Positions 10,338-25,300 of a stretch of DNA of 64,000 nucleotides are shown here, piece after piece. The stretch is from positions 93,682,001 through 93,746,000 of the forward strand of contig CM097883.1 of NCBI GenBank assembly GCA_044892505.1, given 5' to 3'. Position 1 is the stretch's first letter, and each line of letters begins with the position of its first letter. This stretch comes from Schmidtea nova (taxonomy: Eukaryota). The position numbers and the translations under genes are program-made. A model generated the notes under the pieces. The model was given only the letters and a program-made list of their open reading frames with translations, had not been told where the DNA came from and searched no databases.

Positions 10338-13300
10338 ATGTCGAAATGCCCTGAAAATGGATCTCTGATGGCATTAAAAGCACTGTTTAGGAGTTATGAG
10401 CATATCTTGGTTGATAGTCCTATGGATGAAGCACACTTGATAATCGATATGGATGAGGATTCGAGAATCTTATATATTTTTACCAAGTTCTTAGCTGGCA
10501 GAGAATGTTCTTCTGAATTGCTTGAAAATTCACTTAGCTGCACTATAGGATAATTTTTCACTTGTCAAAGGTACTATAAAGGCTTTTATACAGGTCCAGG
10601 TCTTTGGAAAGGAAGCATAAACAGAGCGCAAGTGGAAATAAGAATGCTAGATGATATTCTCACTTACATCACTGTGAGAGATATAAGGAGCTTGATAAAG
10701 ATACAGAAACCACTATGTGAGCTATGTAAAGAACTAGGGAGAATCAAATCTAATAGCAGAGTTGAAGGTTTTATTTATTTAGATGTTGAATCATGCACGA
10801 AATGGAGCAGAAGAGAAGGTTTTGTGCCTATAAAATATTCTGCTGAAATAAGTCTTTATGTACATGAGCCAACTTCACTGAGGTTCAGTTATGACAGCTC
10901 AATTTTGAAATTGATAGCCGATAATGTAATGCCCGTAACTGTGCTTGGATTCACTATCAGAAGCCCAGCAAGCAATATGAATGAGCTAGAAATCTTCGGA
11001 AAAGATACGGTGAAACCTGCAGAATTCAGAATTCTAGAGTGGAAAGTAATAAATAATCTCCAGATGACCATTAACGAGTGCAGAGGCACAATTAAGAAAT
11101 ATCCAGCTTGGTCGAAAGTTGAAATGAGAAAATATATGAGCATGAAAGGATTTTCTACTTTAGCAGAGGAGATTTCATCGAAGATGGACACAACATTCAG
11201 CATTGATCATAAGCCTCTCATAGATTTTACAGCAACTGAGGTTAAAGAAGATGTTGACTTAAATGCTCTAGATGATGAATACGATGACTGGATAATGGGA
11301 CATGAAGAAGAATCCTCAGATGAAGAGCTTGGAGATGATACAGCTTTATTTGAGATTGGCATCAATAAGGAGATTGACACTATCATGGATAATTTGTCTT
11401 AAGTACCTTTACAAAGAGAAAAACCTGAAAAAATATTCAGAACTAGTATTTTTGACACTTTCTTTAATCACTTAATAATGTTGAATCCGGAAGCTTTGAG
11501 AAGGCTTAGTCAGCAATTCTGCCTGCAGTCAGATCATATTTTGTTCAGAGAAATCTGTTTAGCATTCTCTTACGAACTTATAGAGGATCAAATCTTAGAT
11601 GAAATAGTTGACGAAGAGAATCTCTAGACAATGATCATCGGTTTTCAGAACGTGTAACTGTTTATAAATATGTACTTAGTGAATGACCTTGAAGAAGTTG
11701 TACAGTAGATAAAGTGATATAATGCTATAAAAACTATAAAAAACTATAAATAAACAATAAAAAACAGTGATGCTATGACTCAAAAAATTGATATTGATGT
11801 CACCTGGATTCTGTTGAATATATTAATACCAGGCTGAGATAGTCTTAGTGGAAATTTATAGATTTAAGTGTAAGCAAATGCACTATTTAATCATCATAGG
11901 TCGTTTGTCTGAGATCACAACTGAAATTACCGGTCCAGTGAAAAGACATAATACAGAGTTTGCAACAGTATCTGAAGCGGCAATTAACTGTTATTGGCCC
12001 AGATTTGTCCTCACCAGCAAAGATGATAACGAGTCAAGTTCTCTATTAAAGCATCAGAGTGCTGATATATTGACTTTAAATCCGAAATTATGGAGATTGT
12101 CGAAATGCCCTGAAAATGGATCTCTGATGGCATTAAAAGCACTGTTTAGGAGTTATGAGCATATCTTGGTTGATAGTCCTATGGATGAAGCACACTTGAT
12201 AATCGATATGGATGAGGATTCGAGAATCTTATATATTTTTACCAAGTTCTTAGCTGGCAGAGAATGTTCTTCTGAATTGCTTGAAAATTCACTTAGCTGC
12301 ACTATAGGATAATTTTTCACTTGTCAAAGGTACTATAAAGGCTTTTATACAGGTCCAGGTCTTTGGAAAGGAAGCATAAACAGAGCGCAAGTGGAAATAA
12401 GAATGCTAGATGATATTCTCACTTACATCACTGTGAGAGATATAAGGAGCTTGATAAAGATACAGAAACCACTATGTGAGCTATGTAAAGAACTAGGGAG
12501 AATCAAATCTAATAGCAGAGTTGAAGGTTTTATTTATTTAGATGTTGAATCATGCACGAAATGGAGCAGAAGAGAAGGTTTTGTGCCTATAAAATATTCT
12601 GCTGAAATAAGTCTTTATGTGCATGAGCCAACTTCACTGAGGTTCAGTTATGACAGCTCAATTTTGAAATTGATAGCCGATAATGTAATGCCCGTAACTG
12701 TGCTTGGATTCACTATCAGAAGCCCAGCAAGCAATATGAATGAGCTAGAAATCTTCGGAAAAGATACGGTGAAACATGCAGAATTCAGAATTCTAGAGTG
12801 GAAAGTAATAAATAATCTCCAGATGACCATTAACGAGTGCAGAGGCACAATTAAGAAATATCCAGCTTGGTCGAAAGTTGAAATGAGAAAATATATGAGC
12901 ATGAAAGGATTTTCTACTTTAGCAGAGGAGATTTCATCGAAGATGGACACAACATTCAGCATTGATCATAAGCCTCTCATAGATTTCACAGCAACTGAGG
13001 TTAAAGAAGATGTTGACTTAAATGCTCTAGATGATGAATACGATGACTGGATAATGGGACATGAAGAAGAATCCTCAGATGAAGAGCTTGGAGATGATAC
13101 AGCTTTATTTGAGATTGGCATCAATAAGGAGATTGACACTATCATGGATAATTTGTCTTAAGTACCTTTACAAAGAGAAAAACCTGAAAAAATATTCAGA
13201 ACTAGTATTTTTGACACTTTCTTTAATCACTTAATAATGTTGAATCCGGAACCTTTGAGAAGGCTTAGTCAGCAATTCTGCCTGCAGTCAGATCATATTT

Positions 13301-16300
13301 TGTTCAGAGAAATCTGTTTAGCATTCTCTTACGAACTTATAGAGGATCAAATCTTAGATGAAATAGTTGACGAAGAGAATCTCTAGACAATGATCATCGG
13401 TTTTCAGAACGTGTAACTGTTTATAAATATGTACTTAGTGAATGACCTTGAAGAAGTTGTACAGTAGATAAAGTGATATAATGCTATAAAAACTATAAAT
13501 AAACAATAAAAAAACCGTGATGCTATGACTCAAAAAATTGATATTGATGTCACCTGGATTCTGTTGAATATATTAATACCAGGCTGAGATAGTCTTAGTG
13601 GAAATTTATAGATTTAAGTGTAAGCAAATGCACTATTTAATCATCATAGGTCGTTTGTCTGAGATCACAACTGAAATTACCGGTCCAGTGAAAAGACATA
13701 ATACAGTGTTTGCAACAGTATCTGAAGCGGCAATTAACTGTTATTGGCCCAGATTTGTCCTCACCAGCAAAGATGATAACGAGTCAAGTTCTCTATTAAA
13801 GCATCAGAGTGCTGATATATTGACTTTAAAAACGAAATTATGGAGATTGTCGAAATGCCCTGAAAATGGATCTCTGATGGCATTAAAAGCACTGTTTAGG
13901 AGTTATGAGCATATCTTGGTTGATAGTCCTATGGATGAAGCACACTTGATAATCGATATGGATGAGGATTCGAGAATCTTATATATTTTTACCAAGTTCT
14001 TAGCTGGCAGAGAATGTTCTTCTGAATTGCTTGAAAATTCACTTAGCGCACTATGGGATAATATTTCACTTGTCAAAGGTACTATAAAGGCTTTTATACA
14101 GGTCCAGGTCTTTGGAAAGGAAGCATAAACAGAGCGCAAGTGGAAATAAGAATGCTAGATGATATTCTCACTTACATCACTGTGAGAGATATAAGGAGCT
14201 TGATAAAGATACAGAAACCACTATGTGAGCTATGTAAAGAACTAGGGAGAATCAAATCTAATAGCAGAGTTGAAGGTTTTATTTATTTAGATGTTGAATC
14301 ATGCACGAAATGGAGCAGAAGAGAAGGTTTTGTGCCTATAAAATATTCTGCTGAAATAAGTCTTTATGTGCATGAGCCAACTTCACTGAGGTTCAGTTAT
14401 GACAGCTCAATTTTGAAATTGATAGCCGATAATGTAATGCCCGTAACTGTGCTTGGATTCACTATCAGAAGCCCAGCAAGCAATATGAATGAGCTAGAAA
14501 TCTTCGGAAAAGATACGGTGAAACATGCAGAATTCAGAATTCTAGAGTGGAAAGTAATAAATAATCTCCAGATGACCATTAACGAGTGCAGAGGCACAAT
14601 TAAGAAATATCCAGCTTGGTCGAAAGTTGAAATGAGAAAATATATGAGCATGAAAGGATTTTCTACTTTAGCAGAGGAGATTTCATCGAAGATGGACACA
14701 ACATTCAGCATTGATCATAAGCCTCTCATAGATTTCACAGCAACTGAGGTTAAAGAAGATGTTGACTTAAATGCTCTAGATGATGAATACGATGACTGGA
14801 TAATGGGACATGAAGAAGAATCCTCAGATGAAGAGCTTGGAGATGATACAGCTTTATTTGAGATTGGCATCAATAAGGAGATTGACACTATCATGGATAA
14901 TTTGTCTTAAGTACCTTTACAAAGAGAAAAACCTGAAAAAATATTCAGAACTAGTATTTTTGACACTTTCTTTAATCACTTAATAATGTTGAATCCGGAA
15001 CCTTTGAGAAGGCTTAGTCAGCAATTCTGCCTGCAGTCAGATCATATTTTGTTCAGAGAAATCTGTTTAGCATTCTCTTACGAACTTATAGAGGATCAAA
15101 TCTTAGATGAAATAGTTGACGAAGAGAATCTCTAGACAATGATCATCGGTTTTCAGAACGTGTAACTGTTTATAAATATGTACTTAGTGAATGACCTTGA
15201 AGAAGTTGTACAGTAGATAAAGTGATATAATGCTATAAAAACTATAAATAAACAATAAAAAAACCGTGATGCTATGACTCAAAAAATTGATATTGATGTC
15301 ACCTGGATTCTGTTGAATATATTAATACCAGGCTGAGATAGTCTTAGTGGAAATTTATAGATTTAAGTGTAAGCAAATGCACTATTTAATCATCATAGGT
15401 CGTTTGTCTGAGATCACAACTGAAATTACCGGTCCAGTGAAAAGACATAATACAGTGTTTGCAACAGTATCTGAAGCGGCAATTAACTGTTATTGGCCCA
15501 GATTTGTCCTCACCAGCAAAGATGATAACGAGTCAAGTTCTCTATTAAAGCATCAGAGTGCTGATATATTGACTTTAAAAACGAAATTATGGAGATTGTC
15601 GAAATGCCCTGAAAATGGATCTCTGATGGCATTAAAAGCACTGTTTAGGAGTTATGAGCATATCTTGGTTGATAGTCCTATGGATGAAGCACACTTGATA
15701 ATCGATATGGATGAGGATTCGAGAATCTTATATATTTTTACCAAGTTCTTAGCTGGCAGAGAATGTTCTTCTGAATTGCTTGAAAATTCACTTAGCGCAC
15801 TATGGGATAATATTTCACTTGTCAAAGGTACTATAAAGGCTTTTATACAGGTCCAGGTCTTTGGAAAGGAAGCATAAACAGAGCGCAAGTGGAAATAAGA
15901 ATGCTAGATGATATTCTCACTTACATCACTGTGAGAGATATAAGGAGCTTGATAAAGATACAGAAACCACTATGTGAGCTATGTAAAGAACTAGGGAGAA
16001 TCAAATCTAATAGCAGAGTTGAAGGTTTTATTTATTTAGATGTTGAATCATGCACGAAATGGAGCAGAAGAGAAGGTTTTGTGCCTATAAAATATTCTGC
16101 TGAAATAAGTCTTTATGTGCATGAGCCAACTTCACTGAGGTTCAGTTATGACAGCTCAATTTTGAAATTGATAGCCGATAATGTAATGCCCGTAACTGTG
16201 CTTGGATTCACTATCAGAAGCCCAGCAAGCAATATGAATGAGCTAGAAATCTTCGGAAAAGATACGGTGAAACCTGCAGAATTCAGAATTCTAGAGTGGA

Positions 16301-19300
16301 AAGTAATAAATAATCTCCAGATGACCATTAACGAGTGCAGAGGCACAATTAAGAAATATCCAGCTTGGTCGAAAGTTGAAATGAGAAAATATATGAGCAT
16401 GAAAGGATTTTCTACTTTAGCAGAGGAGATTTCATCGAAGATGGACACAACATTCAGCATTGATCATAAGCCTCTCATAGATTTCACAGCAACTGAGGTT
16501 AAAGAAGATGTTGACTTAAATGCTCTAGATGATGAATACGATGACTGGATAATGGGACATTAAGAAGAATCCTCAGATGAAGAGCTTGGAGATGATACAG
16601 CTTTATTTGAGATTGGCATCAATAAGGAGATTGACACTATCATGGATAATTTGTCTTAAGTGCCTTTACAAAGAGAAAAACCTGAAAAAATATTCAGAAC
16701 TAGTATTTTTGACACTTTCTTTAATCACTTAATAATGTTGAATCCGGAACCTTTGAGAAGGCTTAGTCAGCAATTCTGCCTGCAGTCAGATCATATTTTG
16801 TTCAGAGAAATCTGTTTAGCATTCTCTTACGAACTTATAGAGGATCAAATCTTAGATGAAATAGTTGACGAAGAGAATCTCTAGACAATGATCATCGGTT
16901 TTCAGAACGTGTAACTGTTTATAAATATGTACTTAGTGAATGACCTTGTAGAAGTTGTACAGTAGATAAAATGATATAATGCTATAAAAACTATAAAAAA
17001 CTATAAATAAACAATAAGAAAACAGTGATGCTTTGACTCAAATAATTGATATTGATGTCACCTGGATTCTGTTGAATATATTAATACCAGGCTGAGATAG
17101 TCTTAGTGGAAATTTATAGATTTAAGTGTAAGCAAATGCACTATTTAATCATCATAGGTCGTTTGTCTGAGATCACAACTGAAATTACCGGTCCAGTGAA
17201 AAGACATAATACTGTGTTTGCAACAGTATCTGAAGCGGCAATTAACTGTTATTGGCCCAGATTTGTCCTCACCAGCAAAGATGATAACGAGTCAAGTTCT
17301 CTATTAAAGCATCAGAGTGCAGATATATTGACTTTAAATCCGAAATTATGGAGATTGTCGAAATGCCCTGAAAATGGATCTCTGATGGCATTAAAAGCAC
17401 TGTTTAGGAGTTATGAGCATATCTTGGTTGACAGTCCTATGGATGAAGCACACTTGATAATCGATATGGATGAGGATTCGAGAATCTTATATATTTTTAC
17501 CAAGTTCTTAGCTGGCAGAGAATGTTCTTCTGAATTGCTTGAAAATTCACTTAGCTGCACTATAGGATAATTTTTCACTTGTCAAAGGTACTATAAAGGC
17601 TTTTATACAGGTCCAGGTCTTTGGAAAGGAAGCATAAACAGAGCGCAAGTGGAAATAAGAATGCTAGATGATATTCTCACTTACATCACTGTGAGAGATA
17701 TAAGGAGCTTGATAAAGATACAGAAACCACTATGTGAGCTATGTAAAGAACTAGGGAGAATCAAATCTAATAGCAGAGTTGAAGGTTTTATTTATTTAGA
17801 TGTTGAATCATGCACGAAATGGAGCAGAAGAGAAGGTTTTGTGCCTATAAAATATTCTGCTGAAATAAGTCTTTATGTGCATGAGCCAACTTCACTGAGG
17901 TTCAGTTATGACAGCTCAATTTTGAAATTGATAGCCGATAATGTAATGCCCGTAACTGTGCTTGGATTCACTATCAGAAGCCCAGCAAGCAATATGAATG
18001 AGCTAGAAATCTTCGGAAAAGATACGGTGAAACATGCAGAATTCAGAATTCTAGAGTGGAAAGTAATAAATAATCTCCAGATGACCATTAACGAGTGCAG
18101 AGGCACAATTAAGAAATATCCAGCTTGGTCGAAAGTTGAAATGAGAAAATATATGAGCATGAAAGGATTTTCTACTTTAGCAGAGGAGATTTCATCGAAG
18201 ATGGACACAACATTCAGCATTGATCATAAGCCTCTCATAGATTTCACAGCAACTGAGGTTAAAGAAGATGTTGACTTAAATGCTCTAGATGATGAATACG
18301 ATGACTGGATAATGGGACATGAAGAAGAATCCTCAGATGAAGAGCTTGGAGATGATACAGCTTTATTTGAGATTGGCATCAATAAGGAGATTGACACTAT
18401 CATGGATAATTTGTCTTAAGTACCTTTACAAAGAGAAAAACCTGAAAAAATATTCAGAACTAGTATTTTTGACACTTTCTTTAATCACTTAATAATGTTG
18501 AATCCGGAACCTTTGAGAAGGCTTAGTCAGCAATTCTGCCTGCAGTCAGATCATATTTTGTTCAGAGAAATCTGTTTAGCATTCTCTTACGAACTTATCG
18601 AGGATCAAATCTTAGATGAAATAGTTGACGAAGAGAATCTCTAGACAATGATCATCGGTTTTCAGAACGTGTAACTGTTTATAAATATGTACTTAGTGAA
18701 TGACCTTGAAGAAGTTGTACAGTAGATAAAGTGATATAATGCTATAAAAACTATAAATAAACAATAAGAAAACAGTGATGCTTTGACTCAAATAATTGAT
18801 ATTGATGTCACCTGGATTCTGTTGAATATATTAATACCAGGCTGAGATAGTCTTAGTGGAAATTTATAGATTTAAGTGTAAGCAAATGCACTATTTAATC
18901 ATCATAGGTCGTTTGTCTGAGATCACAACTGAAATTACCGGTCCAGTGAAAAGACATAATACAGTGTTTGCAACAGTATCTGAAGCGGCAATTAACTGTT
19001 ATTGGCCCAGATTTGTCCTCACCAGCAAAGATGATAACGAGTCAAGTTCTCTATTAAAGCATCAGAGTGCAGATATATTGACTTTAAAAACGAAATTATG
19101 GAGATTGTCGAAATGCCCTGAAAATGGATCTCTGATGGCATTAAAAGCACTGTTTAGGAGTTATGAGCATATCTTGGTTGACAGTCCTATGGATGAAGCA
19201 CACTTGATAATCGATATGGATGAGGATTCGAGAATCTTATATATTTTTACCAAGTTCTTAGCTGGCAGAGAATGTTCTTCTGAATTGCTTGAAAATTCAC

Positions 19301-22300
19301 TTAGCGCACTATGGGATAATATTTCACTTGTCAAAGGTACTATAAAGGCTTTTATACAGGTCCAGGTCTTTGGAAAGGAAGCATAAACAGAGCGCAAGTG
19401 GAAATAAGAATGCTAGATGATATTCTCACTTACATCACTGTGAGAGATATAAGGAGCTTGATAAAGATACAGAAACCACTATGTGAGCTATGTAAAGAAC
19501 TAGGGAGAATCAAATCTAATAGCAGAGTTGAAGGTTTTATTTATTTAGATGTTGAATCATGCACGAAATGGAGCAGAAGAGAAGGTTTTGTGCCTATAAA
19601 ATATTCTGCTGAAATAAGTCTTTATGTGCATGAGCCAACTTCACTGAGGTTCAGTTATGACAGCTCAATTTTGAAATTGATAGCCGATAATGTAATGCCC
19701 GTAACTGTGCTTGGATTCACTATCAGAAGCCCAGCAAGCAATATGAATGAGCTAGAAATCTTCGGAAAAGATACGGTGAAACATGCAGAATTCAGAATTC
19801 TAGAGTTGAAAGTGATAAATAATCTCCAGATGACCATTAACGAGTGCAGAGGGACAATTAAGAAATATCCAGCTTGGTCGAAAGTTGAAATGAGAAAATA
19901 TATGAGCATGAAAGGATTTTCTACTTTAGCAGAGGAGATTTCATCGAAGATGGACACAACATTCAGCATTGATCATAAGCCTCTCATAGATTTCACAGCA
20001 ACTGAGGTTAAAGAAGATGTTGACTTAAATGCTCTAGATGATGAATACGATGACTGGATAATGGGACATTAAGAAGAATCCTCAGATGAAGAGCTTGGAG
20101 ATGATACAGCTTTATTTGAGATTGGCATCAATAAGGAGATTGACACTATCATGGATAATTTGTCTTAAGTGCCTTTACAAAGAGAAAAACCTGAAAAAAT
20201 ATTCAGAACTAGTATTTTTGACACTTTCTTTAATCACTTAATAATGTTGAATCCGGAACCTTTGAGAAGGCTTAGTCAGCAATTCTGCCTGCAGTCAGAT
20301 CATATTTTGTTCAGAGAAATCTGTTTAGCATTCTCTTACGAACTTATCGAGGATCAAATCTTAGATGAAATAGTTGACGAAGAGAATCTCTAGACAATGA
20401 TCATCGGTTTTCAGAACGTGTAACTGTTTATAAATATGTACTTAGTGAATGACCTTGAAGAAGTTGTACAGTAGATAAAGTGATATAATGCTATAAAAAC
20501 TATAAATAAACAATAAGAAAACAGTGATGCTTTGACTCAAATAATTGATATTGATGTCACCTGGATTCTGTTGAATATATTAATACCAGGCTGAGATAGT
20601 CTTAGTGGAAATTTATAGATTTAAGTGTAAGCAAATGCACTATTTAATCATCATAGGTCGTTTGTCTGAGATCACAACTGAAATTACCGGTCCAGTGAAA
20701 AGACATAATACAGTGTTTGCAACAGTATCTGAAGCGGCAATTAACTGTTATTGGCCCAGATTTGTCCTCACCAGCAAAGATGATAACGAGTCAAGTTCTC
20801 TATTAAAGCATCAGAGTGCAGATATATTGACTTTAAAAACGAAATTATGGAGATTGTCGAAATGCCCTGAAAATGGATCTCTGATGGCATTAAAAGCACT
20901 GTTTAGGAGTTATGAGCATATCTTGGTTGACAGTCCTATGGATGAAGCACACTTGATAATCGATATGGATGAGGATTCGAGAATCTTATATATTTTTACC
21001 AAGTTCTTAGCTGGCAGAGAATGTTCTTCTGAATTGCTTGAAAATTCACTTAGCGCACTATGGGATAATATTTCACTTGTCAAAGGTACTATAAAGGCTT
21101 TTATACAGGTCCAGGTCTTTGGAAAGGAAGCATAAACAGAGCGCAAGTGGAAATAAGAATGCTAGATGATATTCTCACTTACATCACTGTGAGAGATATA
21201 AGGAGCTTGATAAAGATACAGAAACCACTATGTGAGCTATGTAAAGAACTAGGGAGAATCAAATCTAATAGCAGAGTTGAAGGTTTTATTTATTTAGATG
21301 TTGAATCATGCACGAAATGGAGCAGAAGAGAAGGTTTTGTGCCTATAAAATATTCTGCTGAAATAAGTCTTTATGTGCATGAGCCAACTTCACTGAGGTT
21401 CAGTTATGACAGCTCAATTTTGAAATTGATAGCCGATAATGTAATGCCCGTAACTGTGCTTGGATTCACTATCAGAAGCCCAGCAAGCAATATGAATGAG
21501 CTAGAAATCTTCGGAAAAGATACGGTGAAACATGCAGAATTCAGAATTCTAGAGTTGAAAGTGATAAATAATCTCCAGATGACCATTAACGAGTGCAGAG
21601 GGACAATTAAGAAATATCCAGCTTGGTCGAAAGTTGAAATGAGAAAATATATGAGCATGAAAGGATTTTCTACTTTAGCAGAGGAGATTTCATCGAAGAT
21701 GGACACAACATTCAGCATTGATCATAAGCCTCTCATAGATTTCACAGCAACTGAGGTTAAAGAAGATGTTGACTTAAATGCTCTAGATGATGAATACGAT
21801 GACTGGATAATGGGACATTAAGAAGAATCCTCAGATGAAGAGCTTGGAGATGATACAGCTTTATTTGAGATTGGCATCAATAAGGAGATTGACACTATCA
21901 TGGATAATTTGTCTTAAGTGCCTTTACAAAGAGAAAAACCTGAAAAAATATTCAGAACTAGTATTTTTGACACTTTCTTTAATCACTTAATAATGTTGAA
22001 TCCGGAACCTTTGAGAAGGCTTAGTCAGCAATTCTGCCTGCAGTCAGATCATATTTTGTTCAGAGAAATCTGTTTAGCATTCTCTTACGAACTTATCGAG
22101 GATCAAATCTTAGATGAAATAGTTGACGAAGAGAATCTCTAGACAATGATCATCGGTTTTCAGAACGTGTAACTGTTTATAAATATGTACTTAGTGAATG
22201 ACCTTGAAGAAGTTGTACAGTAGATAAAGTGATATAATGCTATAAAAACTATAAATAAACAATAAGAAAACAGTGATGCTTTGACTCAAATAATTGATAT

Positions 22301-25300
22301 TGATGTCACCTGGATTCTGTTGAATATATTAATACCAGGCTGAGATAGTCTTAGTGGAAATTTATAGATTTAAGTGTAAGCAAATGCACTATTTAATCAT
22401 CATAGGTCGTTTGTCTGAGATCACAACTGAAATTACCGGTCCAGTGAAAAGACATAATACAGTGTTTGCAACAGTATCTGAAGCGGCAATTAACTGTTAT
22501 TGGCCCAGATTTGTCCTCACCAGCAAAGATGATAACGAGTCAAGTTCTCTATTAAAGCATCAGAGTGCTGATATATTGACTTTAAATCCGAAATTATGGA
22601 GATTGTCGAATAGCCCTGAAAATGGATCTCTGATGGCATTAAAAGCACTGTTTAGGAGTTATGAGCATATCTTGGTTGATAGTCCTATGGATGAAGCACA
22701 CTTGATAATCGATATGGATGAGGATTCGAGAATCTTATATATTTTTACCAAGTTCTTAGCTGGCAGAGAATGTTCTTCTGAATTGCTTGAAAATTCACTT
22801 AGCTGCACTATAGGAGGATTTTTCACTCGTCAAAGGTACTATAAAGGCTTTTATACAGGTCCAGGTCTTTGGAAAGGAAGCATAAACAGAGCGCAAGTGG
22901 AAATAAGAATGCTAGATGATATTCTCACTTACATCACTGTGAGAGATATAAGGAGCTTGATAAAGATACAGAAACCACTATGTGAGCTATGTAAAGAACT
23001 AGGGAGAATCAAATCTAATAGCAGAGTTGAAGGTTCTATTTATTTAGATGTTGAATCATGCACGAAATGGAGCAGAAGAGAAGGTTTTGTGCCTATAAAA
23101 TATTCTGCTGAAATAAGTCTTTATGTGCATGAGCCAACTTCACTGAGGTTCAGTTATGACAGCTCAATTTTGAAATTGATAGCCGATAATGTAATGCCCG
23201 TAACTGTGCTTGGATTCACTATCAGAAGCCCAGCAAGCAATATGAATGAGCTAGAAATCTTCGGAAAAGATACGGTGAAACCTGCAGAATTCAGAATTCT
23301 AGAGTGGAAAGTAATAAATAATCTCCAGATGACCATTAACGAGTGCAGAGGCACAATTAAGAAATATCCAGCTTGGTCGAAAGTTGAAATGAGAAAATAT
23401 ATGAGCATGAAAGGATTTTCTACTTTAGCAGAGGAGATTTCATCGAAGATGGACACAACATTCAGCATTGATCATAAGCCTCTCATAGATTTCACAGCAA
23501 CTGAGGTTAAAGAAGATGTTGACTTAAATGCTCTAGATGATGAATACGATGACTGGATAATGGGACATGAAGAAGAATCCTCAGATGAAGAGCTTGGAGA
23601 TGATACAGCTTTATTTGAGATTGGCATCAATAAGGAGATTGACACTATCATGGATAATTTGTCTTAAGTGCCTTTACAAAGAGAAAAACCTGAAAAAATA
23701 TTCAGAACTAGTATTTTTGACACTTTCTTTAATCACTTAATAATGTTGAATCCGGAACCTTTGAGAAGGCTTAGTCAGCAATTCTGCCTGCAGTCAGATC
23801 ATATTTTGTTCAGAGAAATCTGTTTAGCATTCTCTTACGAACTTATAGAGGATCAAATCTTAGATGAAATAGTTGACGAAGAGAATCTCTAGACAATGAT
23901 CATCGGTTTTCAGAACGTGTAACTGTTTATAAATATGTACTTAGTGAATGACCTTGTAGAAGTTGTACAGTAGATAAAATGATATAATGCTATAAAAACT
24001 ATAAAAAACTATAAATAAACAATAAGAAAACAGTGATGCTTTGACTCAAATAATTGATATTGATGTCACCTGGATTCTGTTGAATATATTAATACCAGGC
24101 TGAGATAGTCTTAGTGGAAATTTATAGATTTAAGTGTAAGCAAATGCACTATTTAATCATCATAGGTCGTTTGTCTGAGATCACAACTGAAATTACCGGT
24201 CCAGTGAAAAGACATAATACAGTGTTTGCAACAGTATCTGAAGCGGCAATTAACTGTTATTGGCCCAGATTTGTCCTCACCAGCAAAGATGATAACGAGT
24301 CAAGTTCTCTATTAAAGCATCAGAGTGCTGATATATTGACTTTAAAAACGAAATTATGGAGATTGTCGAAATGCCCTGAAAATGGATCTCTGATGGCATT
24401 AAAAGCACTGTTTAGGAGTTATGAGCATATCTTGGTTGATAGTCCTATGGATGAAGCACACTTGATAATCGATATGGATGAGGATTCGAGAATCTTATAT
24501 ATTTTTACCAAGTTCTTAGCTGGCAGAGAATGTTCTTCTGAATTGCTTGAAAATTCACTTAGCGCACTATGGGATAATATTTCACTTGTCAAAGGTACTA
24601 TAAAGGCTTTTATACAGGTCCAGGTCTTTGGAAAGGAAGCATAAACAGAGCGCAAGTGGAAATAAGAATGCTAGATGATATTCTCACTTACATCACTGTG
24701 AGAGATATAAGGAGCTTGATAAAGATACAGAAACCACTATGTGAGCTATGTAAAGAACTAGGGAGAATCAAATCTAATAGCAGAGTTGAAGGTTTTATTT
24801 ATTTAGATGTTGAATCATGCACGAAATGGAGCAGAAGAGAAGGTTTTGTGCCTATAAAATATTCTGCTGAAATAAGTCTTTATGTGCATGAGCCAACTTC
24901 ACTGAGGTTCAGTTATGACAGCTCAATTTTGAAATTGATAGCCGATAATGTAATGCCCGTAACTGTGCTTGGATTCACTATCAGAAGCCCAGCAAGCAAT
25001 ATGAATGAGCTAGAAATCTTCGGAAAAGATACGGTGAAACCTGCAGAATTCAGAATTCTAGAGTGGAAAGTAATAAATAATCTCCAGATGACCATTAACG
25101 AGTGCAGAGGCACAATTAAGAAATATCCAGCTTGGTCGAAAGTTGAAATGAGAAAATATATGAGCATGAAAGTTTTTTCTACTTTAGCAGAGGAGATTTC
25201 ATCGAAGATGGACACAACATTCAGCATTGATCATAAGCCTCTCATAGATTTCACAGCAACTGAGGTTAAAGAAGATGTTGACTTAAATGCTCTAGATGAT

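Noticed and set aside
10889-11203. Recurrent 104 aa minus-strand ORF (MLNVVSIFDE...) and 78 aa minus ORFs in the units
   Set aside because: Antisense shadows of the L-like frame. They recur only because the unit is repeated, and I recognise no motifs.
11627-11850. Bunyaviral terminal panhandle (e.g. CTTTGTGT, ACACTACT) in the spacer
   Set aside because: I could not find a canonical segment terminus, so the exact viral end and unit junction remain undefined.
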